Assembly: GCA_965116875.1 (NCBI GenBank)
Contig: OZ220733.1
Location: 4,736,001 to 4,800,000 of the forward strand
Direction: 5' to 3'
DNA: 64,000 bases
Source of the DNA: Candidatus Latescibacterota bacterium
GTDB taxonomy: Bacteria; Latescibacterota; UBA2968; GCA-2709665
Under the pieces are notes generated by a model. It saw nothing but the letters and a program-made list of their open reading frames with translations. It had not been told where the DNA came from and ran no database searches. Below are positions 1-7,788 of the stretch, one piece after another (the stretch's first letter is position 1; every line of letters starts with the position of its first letter). The position numbers and the translations under genes were made by a program.

Positions 1-414
1 CTCGATCGGATACCCCGGATAACGCTCCGCGTAAGCCAGCAGGATCTCTCTGCATCTTGTCAGATATGCGGCGTCCGCGTCCAGCTGCCACAAAAGCGCG
101 AGACGGTATGCCATACCGGACAATCTGTTGTTGACAAACCAGCGCCATGCGGAATCGTACGGTTCGCCGGAGAAAACCCGTCCGTCTCTGGGACATCGAT
201 GCAGTTTCGGTGATTCGGCGTCAAACACGAGTTCGACGGCGTGGTCAGGACAGAAGTAGTTGTGGTAGTACCCCGCCGGGAGATCCTGTGGTTGCATTCT
301 TTCGTCGAGGAAAGCCCTTGCTTCAGATTCCAGTTGACGGTAGGCGTCGCGGAACGCCGGACTCGACCGGCGTTCTCTCGCCCGTTCCAGACGCCATCCA
401 GGTATCAGATTCAT
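1..414 (-). CDS. Heparinase II/III-like / oligo-alginate lyase-type protein, N-terminal part (runs off the window edge)
   Basis: Not in the ORF track. Manual translation from ATG at 414 is open to base 1: MNLIPGWRLERARERR...LPAGYYHNYFCPDHAVELVFDAESPKLHRCPRDGRVFSGEPYDSAWRWFVNNRLSGMAYRLALLWQLDADAAYLTRCREILLAYAERYPGY. The GxxHxYxCP...HxCP and LxxYAxxYPxY segments are typical of this lyase N-terminus. Confidence 0.65.
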   Translation of the reverse strand, partial: MNLIPGWRLERARERRSSPAFRDAYRQLESEARAFLDERMQPQDLPAGYYHNYFCPDHAVELVFDAESPKLHRCPRDGRVFSGEPYDSAWRWFVNNRLSGMAYRLALLWQLDADAAYLTRCREILLAYAERYPGYPIE

Positions 415-476
415 CGCACGTTCAACCCGTTCACAAAGGCCGTTTGCCACATTGTCGGCCGAACCTTATCTTTGCA

Positions 477-503
477 GCCCGTTGAAAAGACCCATCCGGA
501 CTC
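477..503. repeat. Dispersed IS-end-like repeat (half copy)
   Basis: GCCCGTTGAAAAGACCCATCCGGACTC matches the reverse complement of 5285-5311 (GCCCGTTGAAAAAGTCCATCCGGCCTC) at 23/27 positions; both copies are intergenic. Confidence 0.55.
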
Positions 504-552
504 CGGATGCGCACCGTCCACGGCTGAATTCCCGCGCCTGCCCGGTATTTCC

Positions 553-1152
553 ATGCCCAACGCCAGATTAGAGATTCTGATACCCCCGGAACGCATCAGG
601 GAAAGGATCCGGCAAATGGGCGCCAGGATCACGTCGGACTTCCGCACGGCCCGCGCCGCGATTGCGGATCGCCCGAATGCCGGTGAAGGCCGACCGGGGG
701 ACGATACGGAACGGTCGCTCATCCTCTTGGGGGTCCTGAAAGGCGCCCTCTACTTTCTCGCGGACCTGTCCCGGGAAATCCCCGTCGCCGCTGAGATCGA
801 ATATATATCGGTCGCCAGTTACGGCAAGTCGACAAAGAGTTCCGGCGTTGTAAGAATCCTGAAGGACCTGGATCGCGACATTACCGGCGCCGACGTGCTC
901 CTTGTGGAAGACATTGTTGATACGGGCCTCACACTGGAGTACCTCTTGCGCATTCTGTCTACCCGGCGCCCTCGAAGCCTGAAGGTGTGCAGCCTTCTCA
1001 ACAAGCCCGCACGCCGGGTCGTGGACGTGCCGGTCGACTACGTGGGCTTCACCATCCCTGACGAATTCGTTGTCGGATACGGGCTGGACTACGATCAGCG
1101 ATACCGGAATCTCCCGTACATCGCGGCATTGAGGAATCTTGAAACGACGTAA
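553..1152 (+). CDS. hpt: Hypoxanthine phosphoribosyltransferase
   Basis: LKGA, SY, the PRPP-binding motif VLLVEDIVDTGLT and FVVGYGLDY..YRNLPY. Start moved to ATG 553 (MPNARLEILIP) because the upstream extension overlaps the minus-strand gene. Confidence 0.93.
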   Translation: MPNARLEILIPPERIRERIRQMGARITSDFRTARAAIADRPNAGEGRPGDDTERSLILLGVLKGALYFLADLSREIPVAAEIEYISVASYGKSTKSSGVVRILKDLDRDITGADVLLVEDIVDTGLTLEYLLRILSTRRPRSLKVCSLLNKPARRVVDVPVDYVGFTIPDEFVVGYGLDYDQRYRNLPYIAALRNLETT

Positions 1153-1177
1153 AGGCGACATTTCCCGACGCCGCCAA

Positions 1178-1346
1178 CTAATGTCCTGTCCCAAAAATTC
1201 CTCACCATTCGGCCGCCGATTCATCCCGTCTCGCTACGTTCCCCTCGCTCGCCGACCATACGCAGGTCGCCTGCGCTCGGGCGCCTTGCGAGACGGGCGA
1301 CTCAGCGGCCGAATTTAGGCAACTTATTTCCGGGACAGAACACTAA
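1178..1346. mobile_element. MITE-like palindromic element (~165 bp)
   Basis: CTAA direct repeats at 1178-1181 and 1343-1346; imperfect terminal inverted repeats TGTCCTGTCCCAAAAAT / TGTTCTGTCCCGGAAAT; internal inverted repeat ATTCGGCCGCCGATTCATCCCGTCTCGC / GCGAGACGGGCGACTCAGCGGCCGAAT; no ORF; lies between convergent genes. Confidence 0.72.
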
Positions 1347-2086
1347 GTCCCGCGATTCCCGCCTGAACCCGCCAGCAGGCGATTCACCGTCTTGAACAAC
1401 TCTTCAACCATCTGTTCCGTGAGCGTTCCCGTGTTCATATTGTAACGGCTGAAGTGGTAGCTGGCAACCAGAATCCTGGAGTCAAGGTCGAAACGATAGG
1501 TCCCGCCGTGCAAGAACCGGTAGCATCCCATCCTCTCGATGATATCATCCTCCTTCAGAAGGCGCAGGTAGGCCTCAAACGCGTCCCTGCCCATTGCAAG
1601 CACAACGCGGCTACGCCTCAGACGTTCCGTCTCCAATCGCAGCCAGCCAAGGCAGGCGCGTTTTTCGCCCCCGTTCGGCCTGTTCTCGGGAGGGACGCAT
1701 TTTACGGCGTTCGTAATGTAGACGTCCCTGAGTTTGAGACCGTCGTTCGGCCGGGTGGCGTCCGGCCGATTGCTGAATCCGTGCCGGTATAATGCACCGT
1801 AGAGCACTTTGCCGGCAAAGTCGCCCGTAAACGGCCTGCCGGTGCGGTTCGCCCCGTGGGCGCCCGGCGCAAGTCCTATCACGAGAAGCCGGCCCGATGC
1901 ATCGCCGAAACCCGGTACCGGTTTTGCCCAGTAACCGTCGACGTGCGCCTTCCGATTGTCCGGCGATTCGAACGTCGCCCGGTAGTCGACCAGCCGTTCA
2001 CAGGTGTCGCAGGCCGCAATCTGTCTGAACAGCAGCCGTTCCGCACCCGCCCGGCCGCACCCGTTGAGACCCGGTTTGAATCCCAT
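1343..2086 (-). CDS. udgB: Uracil-DNA glycosylase, family 5 (UdgB type, 4Fe-4S)
   Basis: GLAPGAHGANRTGRPFTGD motif A, CxxC plus KCVPP..C cysteines, SYHFS motif B. Start uncertain (ATG 2086 or TTG 2146). Confidence 0.88.
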   Translation of the reverse strand: MGFKPGLNGCGRAGAERLLFRQIAACDTCERLVDYRATFESPDNRKAHVDGYWAKPVPGFGDASGRLLVIGLAPGAHGANRTGRPFTGDFAGKVLYGALYRHGFSNRPDATRPNDGLKLRDVYITNAVKCVPPENRPNGGEKRACLGWLRLETERLRRSRVVLAMGRDAFEAYLRLLKEDDIIERMGCYRFLHGGTYRFDLDSRILVASYHFSRYNMNTGTLTEQMVEELFKTVNRLLAGSGGNRGT

Positions 2087-2169
2087 TGTCTTGCCTTCGG
2101 CGCACCCATGAAAAAGAGGCGGTCCCGCTGGGGCCGCCTCTTCCAAAGTCAGAATCTGAACCCGAGTGG

Positions 2170-2532
2170 CTAGCTACCCGCCCTGTTGTTGAAGAAAACC
2201 GCCTGTTGAGACCGCGCCATCGCCTCGTGCTCCTCGTCGGTGCAGGAACTGTCGGTGGGAACGTTGGGGTCCGGCCCCGCCGGCCGGTATCCGTTTTGAA
2301 CCAGATAGGACTCCAGTTCGTCACCGCTGACATCGGCAAGGATCTGCCCGTTGAAGTCCAGCGTGGGTTGCAGAGGCTGGCCGCTCTTGCGAACCATCTC
2401 CTCGTAGTTTTCCGGATAATTGATAATATCCTTGTCTTCGTATTCGAGCCCGTATTTGGCCAGCACCGCCCGAATGCCCCGGCTCCATCCACATTGGGGT
2501 TTGAGATATGCGGTAATCGCGGGATTACCCAT
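2170..2532 (-). CDS. Monothiol glutaredoxin-like protein (CGWS)
   Basis: YLKPQCGWS active site, SGQPLQP cis-Pro loop, GGAG RBS upstream. Confidence 0.82.
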   Translation of the reverse strand: MGNPAITAYLKPQCGWSRGIRAVLAKYGLEYEDKDIINYPENYEEMVRKSGQPLQPTLDFNGQILADVSGDELESYLVQNGYRPAGPDPNVPTDSSCTDEEHEAMARSQQAVFFNNRAGS

Positions 2533-2601
2533 CTGAAATTCTCCTTATCCTTGGAAGCCGTCCTGGTTTATCAACCGGAAAATACACGGAAGCGACACTT
2601 T

Positions 2602-2630
2602 AACATAAAGAACTATTCCCGATTTCGCAA
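2602..2630 (-). promoter_or_regulatory. Putative sigma-70 promoter for the glutaredoxin gene
   Basis: Minus strand TTGCGA-N17-TATGTT, about 70 bp upstream of the ATG. Confidence 0.45.
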
Positions 2631-2785
2631 GTCCAATCGCCATGCGGAAGGGCGGTCCGGAGCAATCGGGACTCCGGGTTCTGCGGGTACGGGATCCGGC
2701 CTGCCCGACCTTCGTCCATGCGAATGTCCTGCAATACGGCCGCGAACCGACGGCACATTGCAACGAACCGGATGCGAACCTCCGG

Positions 2786-3088
2786 TTATTCCGCGGCATT
2801 CACCGCATTGGCAAAATCGAGATCGGCCCGTGTGACGGCGTTTTCGCTGTGCGTCGTCACCGTAACCGTGAGGGTCTTGCTCCTGCTGTCCAGATTGAGG
2901 TCCGAGTGATGATTGTTGCTGTCCATGACCCGGGTAATCGTCCGCACGAATGCCATCGTCGGAACGAATTTCTGAAACTTCCATACTCGCTGAATCGACT
3001 TGCTTTCCCCATCGTATTCCCAGCCTTCCAGCCCCTTCAGCGCTTCCCGGATTTCATCCTCGGTGACCAGGGTCTTGTCCTCGTGCAT
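2786..3088 (-). CDS. phhB: Pterin-4-alpha-carbinolamine dehydratase family protein
   Basis: LEGW, WKFQKF, NHHSDL, TTHS...T..D motifs; 100 aa. Confidence 0.85.
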   Translation of the reverse strand: MHEDKTLVTEDEIREALKGLEGWEYDGESKSIQRVWKFQKFVPTMAFVRTITRVMDSNNHHSDLNLDSRSKTLTVTVTTHSENAVTRADLDFANAVNAAE

Positions 3089-3214
3089 TGAAGCCTCCCA
3101 GAGATTTGTGACAACGTTTCCAACGGCGCTCCGCCCTCCGGCTTAATTGTGCCTCGACCAAACACGGAATGTCGTACGGCCCGGGATTCAATATACCAAG
3201 ATTTCGCGGGCCGA

Positions 3215-3826
3215 TCAATCCCCGCAGAGGATACCGGCAGTCGAGAGCGCGATTCTGTATTCGTCCGGGGTGTTGATGTTTCGCAGTGACTCCAGTTCAG
3301 GGTCTACGTCACGCAATGCGGAACCGGGCACGCTGCGGCAGATGCATCGTTCCGTCAACGTCGTGAGCCGGAGGGCGCCGGCATCCAGCATCTTCTGAAT
3401 CACAGGCAGGACCGACACCCGATAAACGGCTGCAAGCGGATGCAGACGTCCTTCTTCACGCGGCACGGTGATTTCGGCCTCTTCCGCACCTCGCGCCATG
3501 CGAAGCACGAATTCCCGGCGCAGAAAGGGCGCGTCGCACCCGCAGACGAATGCCGCGTCGGCCTGTCGCGAAATCGCTTCGAGTCCCGCCGCCAGCGCCT
3601 CCAGCGGGCCCCTGTCGGACACCCGATCCTGTATGATTTCGACGCGGTCGGGAAGGCGCGGCAGTGGTTGCCGACGCGCGGAAACCACGAATACGGGCTC
3701 CAGCGTGCCCGTGAGTAAGCGAACCACGCGCTGGAGCAGGTATTCTTCGCCGAAGCGCAACCAGGCCTTGGACGTCCCCATTCTTCGGCTTCGTCCGCCA
3801 CACAACACGAGGGCGCCGACTCTCAT
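3215..3826 (-). CDS. mobA: Molybdenum cofactor guanylyltransferase
   Basis: LCGGRSRRMGTSKA, GPLEAL, CDAPF, HPLAAVY, NINTPDE. ATG at 3826 lies 1 bp after the archease stop. Confidence 0.87.
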   Translation of the reverse strand: MRVGALVLCGGRSRRMGTSKAWLRFGEEYLLQRVVRLLTGTLEPVFVVSARRQPLPRLPDRVEIIQDRVSDRGPLEALAAGLEAISRQADAAFVCGCDAPFLRREFVLRMARGAEEAEITVPREEGRLHPLAAVYRVSVLPVIQKMLDAGALRLTTLTERCICRSVPGSALRDVDPELESLRNINTPDEYRIALSTAGILCGD

Positions 3827-3827
3827 T

Positions 3828-4259
3828 TCAGATATCCAGGACAACGAACGCCCGCCACCGTCCATCGACGCGTTCTACGACAAACCGGTGGAGCGTGACG
3901 GCCTTCACGTCCACAATCAGGTCGTGGCGTTCCATATCCAGTTCTTCACCTACAAGGTCGGCCTGAACCTTGAATCCTGTCTCATGCTCTTCCACGACGA
4001 CGTTCGCCGGCCGCAGAAGAAGCCGATTCGCATCCTTGAAGAAGATCACTTCCTGCAGAAAATCGAACAGCAGCAAGTCGGGTTCATCGGCCTCGAGATT
4101 CACGGTACGCCGTTCCCCTGACGCTACGGAATCCAGGTCCGAAACCATGACGTTGAGCGTTGCTTCGGCGGCCGCGGTCAGTACCCCGCCGAGGTCATCG
4201 CCCCAGGCTTCGAAAGCCACGTCCGCGATCGCGATATCTTCGATAAACCGATATGACAC
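3828..4259 (-). CDS. Archease (RtcB activator)
   Basis: YRFIEDIAIADVAFEAWG N-terminus, VKAVTLH, and C-terminal VVLDI; GTG start with GGGAAGG RBS. Confidence 0.92.
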   Translation of the reverse strand: MSYRFIEDIAIADVAFEAWGDDLGGVLTAAAEATLNVMVSDLDSVASGERRTVNLEADEPDLLLFDFLQEVIFFKDANRLLLRPANVVVEEHETGFKVQADLVGEELDMERHDLIVDVKAVTLHRFVVERVDGRWRAFVVLDI

Positions 4260-4276
4260 TGCGGCATCCCTTCCCT

Positions 4277-4289
4277 GGACAGAACACTA
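4277..4289. repeat. 13-bp remnant identical to the MITE terminus
   Basis: GGACAGAACACTA is identical to 1333-1345 and sits in the 31-bp gap between CobW and archease. Confidence 0.4.
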
Positions 4290-4290
4290 C

Positions 4291-5178
4291 CTATACCTGA
4301 CAGGCTTCGAGTTCCGACACAACCCTCGCCCGCGCTCCCGCCGCGCCGCTGCCAATGAAAACGAGTTCCGTACGGTCTGCCTCAAAGGGTTCCAGCGTCC
4401 ATCTGCCCCCCGCGAAATTGAAGAGAAACGCCGCTTCGACGCATCGCAGGAATCCCTTCGAGCGGTACACGGACTTTGGCATATTCTCTGCGAGACGTTC
4501 GAACTTTCCGCGATCCATGGGCCTGTCGGAAACGAAATCGAAGCTGTCGATTTCCACAAGATCCGTGTGCGTTGCCCGTGTGCGCAGGTGTCTCTGACCC
4601 TTCTCGACAACGCCGAACAGGAGCCCGATATCCACCGCGCATTTCAAGGTGCGCACGACGGACGCATCGGGATTTACCCGCCTCAGTTGGGCTTCGACCG
4701 CGTCGAGCTGGCCGTGCGTGACGAGGTCCACTTTGTTCAACAGCAGCAGATCCGCGGATTCGAACTGGGTGGTGGTCACGTATCCCAGGTCGGGAAATCG
4801 CACCATCAGGTCCGCATCCGCAATCACGACCACACTGTCCAGGCGAACGCCTGGAAGATTGTCCTCCACGTCGAAGATGACCGCATCCGGTTCCGCGACG
4901 CCGGTGGTTTCAACCACAATGAGCTCGGGACGCACCGTCTCGACGATTTCCTTGACCGCTTCTTCGAATTCACCTGCCAGAGAACAACATACGCAACCTC
5001 CTGCAAGTTCGGTCATACGAATGTGCTCGCCCTCCACGACCTTGCTGTCGATGGCGATCTCACCGAATTCGTTCATCAGAATCGCGATCCGCCGGTCGGC
5101 ACGCGCCACCAGGTGGCGCAGGAGCGTGGTCTTGCCGCTGCCCAGCGAACCTGCAATCAGAATCATGGAGATTTTCAT
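4291..5178 (-). CDS. COG0523/CobW-family G3E GTPase metallochaperone
   Basis: GSLGSGKTT, NEFGE, GGCVCCS (CxCC), ETTG, NKVD, and a CobW_C-like end (RSKG...LVFIG). Confidence 0.9.
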   Translation of the reverse strand: MKISMILIAGSLGSGKTTLLRHLVARADRRIAILMNEFGEIAIDSKVVEGEHIRMTELAGGCVCCSLAGEFEEAVKEIVETVRPELIVVETTGVAEPDAVIFDVEDNLPGVRLDSVVVIADADLMVRFPDLGYVTTTQFESADLLLLNKVDLVTHGQLDAVEAQLRRVNPDASVVRTLKCAVDIGLLFGVVEKGQRHLRTRATHTDLVEIDSFDFVSDRPMDRGKFERLAENMPKSVYRSKGFLRCVEAAFLFNFAGGRWTLEPFEADRTELVFIGSGAAGARARVVSELEACQV

Positions 5179-5257
5179 TTACCCGTATCCATTCGACCCG
5201 ACGTTTCGCCCGGCTCGTGTTCAGGCGCACGAACGCGGCCTCCCGCCAGGTCGATCA

Positions 5258-5311
5258 GTCCGTTGATAAAGTCGCTCTCCAGGCGAGGCCGGATGGACTT
5301 TTTCAACGGGC
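5258..5311. repeat. Mini-MITE-like inverted repeat
   Basis: GTCCGTTGATAAAGTC (5258-5273) and GACTTTTTCAACGGGC (5296-5311) are 14/16 inverted repeats, directly after the rtcB stop; related to 477-503. Confidence 0.6.
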
Positions 5312-5313
5312 GG

Positions 5314-6771
5314 TTACCCCTTCACGTTGCCGATGGGCGAGAAACGCACGACGCGGCGGCTGAGCCCCGCCTTCTGGGTCGCTTCGATGACCTCGTCGAT
5401 ATCCTTGTATGCGCCGCCCGCCTCTTCCGCGAGTCCCGCAAAGGAAACGGACCGGACGTAGATGCCGCGGGCTTCCATTTCCTTCTGAAGCCGCTTGCCG
5501 TGGAACTGTTTGCGCGCCTTCGTGCGGCTCATTGTTCGTCCGCTGCCATGAGCCGTGGAAAAGAACGCCTGACCTCCGTCCGGCGACCCCGCAAGCAGAT
5601 AGGAACCTGTCTCCATGCTGCCGCCGATGATCACCGGCTGACCGTGGGATTTGAAAGCGTCGGGGACGCCGTTCATATCCGGTCCGAATGCCCGGGTCGC
5701 GCCTTTGCGGTGTACGAGCACCGTGCGATTCCGGCCATCGACCACGTGTCGCTCGAGCTTGGCGGTGTTGTGCGCCACGTCGTACACCTGGCGCATTTCC
5801 ATCTCTTCGGGGCTGCGTTTCAGTACGTCGGAGAACACCTCCCTGATGCGATGGAGAATCACCTGCCGGTTCGCGAAAGACATGTTGATCGCACACTTCA
5901 TTGCGGCGAAATAGTCCTGCCCCTCCGGGGACTGGAACGGGGCGCACGCCAGTTCGCGGTCACGGATTGAAATGCCGTATTTTTTTTGCATCACCTTCAG
6001 AAAAACCCGCAGATAATCGGTTGCCACCTGGTGGCCGAATCCCCGGCTGCCGCAGTGAAACATCACGACAACCTGGTTGGGAAGCGTAATGCCGAACGCC
6101 CGTGCCGCAGCATCGTCGAACACCTGGTCGGGTCTTGCAACCTGGATTTCGAGATAGTGGTTCCCCGAACCGAGCGTACCGATCTGGTTGAATCCCCGCT
6201 CCACCGCCTTGCGGCTGATTTTCGCCGCGTCCGCGCCCGAAATGCAGCCATTCTCCTCTGTACGCTCAAGATCCTCCCGCCAGCCGAAGCGATTGTCTAC
6301 ACACCACCGCGCACCCTCCTGCACGACGGTTCGAAACTCATCGTGGGAGATCCTGAGAAAGCCCGTACTCCCAACACCCGCCGGCACACGGTCGAACAGG
6401 CGATCCACGAGCTTTCTGAGGTGGGGCCTGACCTCGTCGTACGTCAGATTGGTGGTCACCAGACGCATTCCGCAGTTGACGTCGAAGCCGATGCCTCCCG
6501 GTGAGATCACGCCCCGCTCGACGTCCATTGCAGCGACCCCGCCAATGGGAAAGCCGTATCCCCAGTGCCCGTCGGGCATGCAGAAGGCATAGTTCAGGAT
6601 GCCCGGCAACGTGGCCACGTTGGTCACCTGATCGATTACGCCACGGTCCATTTCCGCCATCAGTTTTCGTGTCGCGTAGATTCGCGCCGGGACAAGCATG
6701 CCCTTCTTGAATGAAATCGGGATCTCCCACAGTGTGGGCGAAACCCGGGTTGCCTCGGGCGGAATGGGCAT
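5314..6771 (-). CDS. rtcB: RNA ligase RtcB (long archaeal/eukaryal-like type)
   Basis: PDGHWGYGFPIG, FDVNCG, GTLGSGNHYLE, HCGSRG, HNTA, HRKGAT, GGSM, HGSGR; 485 aa. Confidence 0.96.
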   Translation of the reverse strand: MPIPPEATRVSPTLWEIPISFKKGMLVPARIYATRKLMAEMDRGVIDQVTNVATLPGILNYAFCMPDGHWGYGFPIGGVAAMDVERGVISPGGIGFDVNCGMRLVTTNLTYDEVRPHLRKLVDRLFDRVPAGVGSTGFLRISHDEFRTVVQEGARWCVDNRFGWREDLERTEENGCISGADAAKISRKAVERGFNQIGTLGSGNHYLEIQVARPDQVFDDAAARAFGITLPNQVVVMFHCGSRGFGHQVATDYLRVFLKVMQKKYGISIRDRELACAPFQSPEGQDYFAAMKCAINMSFANRQVILHRIREVFSDVLKRSPEEMEMRQVYDVAHNTAKLERHVVDGRNRTVLVHRKGATRAFGPDMNGVPDAFKSHGQPVIIGGSMETGSYLLAGSPDGGQAFFSTAHGSGRTMSRTKARKQFHGKRLQKEMEARGIYVRSVSFAGLAEEAGGAYKDIDEVIEATQKAGLSRRVVRFSPIGNVKG

Positions 6772-6780
6772 GTGTCGCTC

Positions 6781-7731
6781 CTAGGAGTCGTGTTCGCAAT
6801 CCGCATAGTGGTTCCGTAACGGATCGAGGCCGAAGTCGTTCTCCAGATCGCGCAGTACGGAATGAATGTGGTTCGCGTCATTCTGGGTGTTGTCGTATTC
6901 CACGAGGTGAGTGGGGCCGTGAATCCGGTAGTAATGCTTCTCCCCGGGGCGAACCCCGCCGGCCCACGCAAAGTGCAATCGTTCCACGCCGGCCCTGCGG
7001 ATTCTCGACATGTGCGCTTCGCCGAGGTCCGCCCGAAGGTTGGACGCGTACAGTTTCAGAATCCGCGTCACGGTTTCCTTCTGCGCTGGCGGCATTTCAG
7101 ATACGGGGACGCCCGCCGGATCGCCGATCCGGGCCACTTTGCTGTTTCGGGTGAGGATATCGCTTGGCGCCTCATCGGCGATGCGGGCCCCGGACTGCAG
7201 GTCGACCGGCAATGCATTCAGAAGCCCCCGCGCCAGGTCCTCTTCGTCTCGCAGGACGCGCCAGCCCGTCCGTTCTCCCGAAGGCACCCGCGCCGGATTC
7301 GCGCCCCAGAAAGCCGGCGTGGACGCCACCTTTCTTTCGGCGTCGACCGAGACGGTCAACGACAGGTGGTGGCCGTCGATCCGCCAGCCCCAGGGATCGG
7401 TTCCCGAAACGAGGTCTCCGAAAAGCGTCAGATAATACCCGTCCGGGTCCCTGCTGAAGCGCGATACCGTCCGGGACTCGATTTCGCCGAGAATGCCCTC
7501 CAATACCATGATATCCACCGCCTTCTGATATCCGGTATCGCTGAGAGCGCTTCTCAGGAGACGGTGCGCCGACTCCAGCTGCGCCTGTGACATCTCCCTG
7601 AAAGGCACGCCGTTTCGCTTTACGGGTACGTAGTTCCAGTTGAAACGCTCCTCGTGATCGAACGTGTACAGAACCCGGCTCCGCTGGTCCGCACTCAGTT
7701 CGTTCATGAATTCCTGAGCTGCTCTAAGCAT
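6781..7731 (-). CDS. DUF3500 family protein
   Basis: WGWRIDGHHLS, TPAFWGANP, HFAWAG, YYRIHGP, EYDNTQNDANHIHSVLRD..NDFG. Confidence 0.85.
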   Translation of the reverse strand: MLRAAQEFMNELSADQRSRVLYTFDHEERFNWNYVPVKRNGVPFREMSQAQLESAHRLLRSALSDTGYQKAVDIMVLEGILGEIESRTVSRFSRDPDGYYLTLFGDLVSGTDPWGWRIDGHHLSLTVSVDAERKVASTPAFWGANPARVPSGERTGWRVLRDEEDLARGLLNALPVDLQSGARIADEAPSDILTRNSKVARIGDPAGVPVSEMPPAQKETVTRILKLYASNLRADLGEAHMSRIRRAGVERLHFAWAGGVRPGEKHYYRIHGPTHLVEYDNTQNDANHIHSVLRDLENDFGLDPLRNHYADCEHDS

Positions 7732-7788
7732 GGCAGTCCTCCCCGTCGGGGTGCTGTTGGGTATGAATGCTCTCTGCGATTTGACGCG

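Noticed and set aside
241-552. 104-aa N-terminal extension of Hpt in the ORF track
   Set aside because: It overlaps the minus-strand lyase-like gene, and Hpt similarity starts at ATG 553.
3970-5970. 666-aa plus-strand ORF, and other long antisense ORFs (11639-12931, 16784-18007, 35668-37134, 48718-50223, 54790-56745)
   Set aside because: They are antisense shadows of well-supported genes; stop-poor opposite frames are expected at this GC content, and they carry no recognisable motifs.
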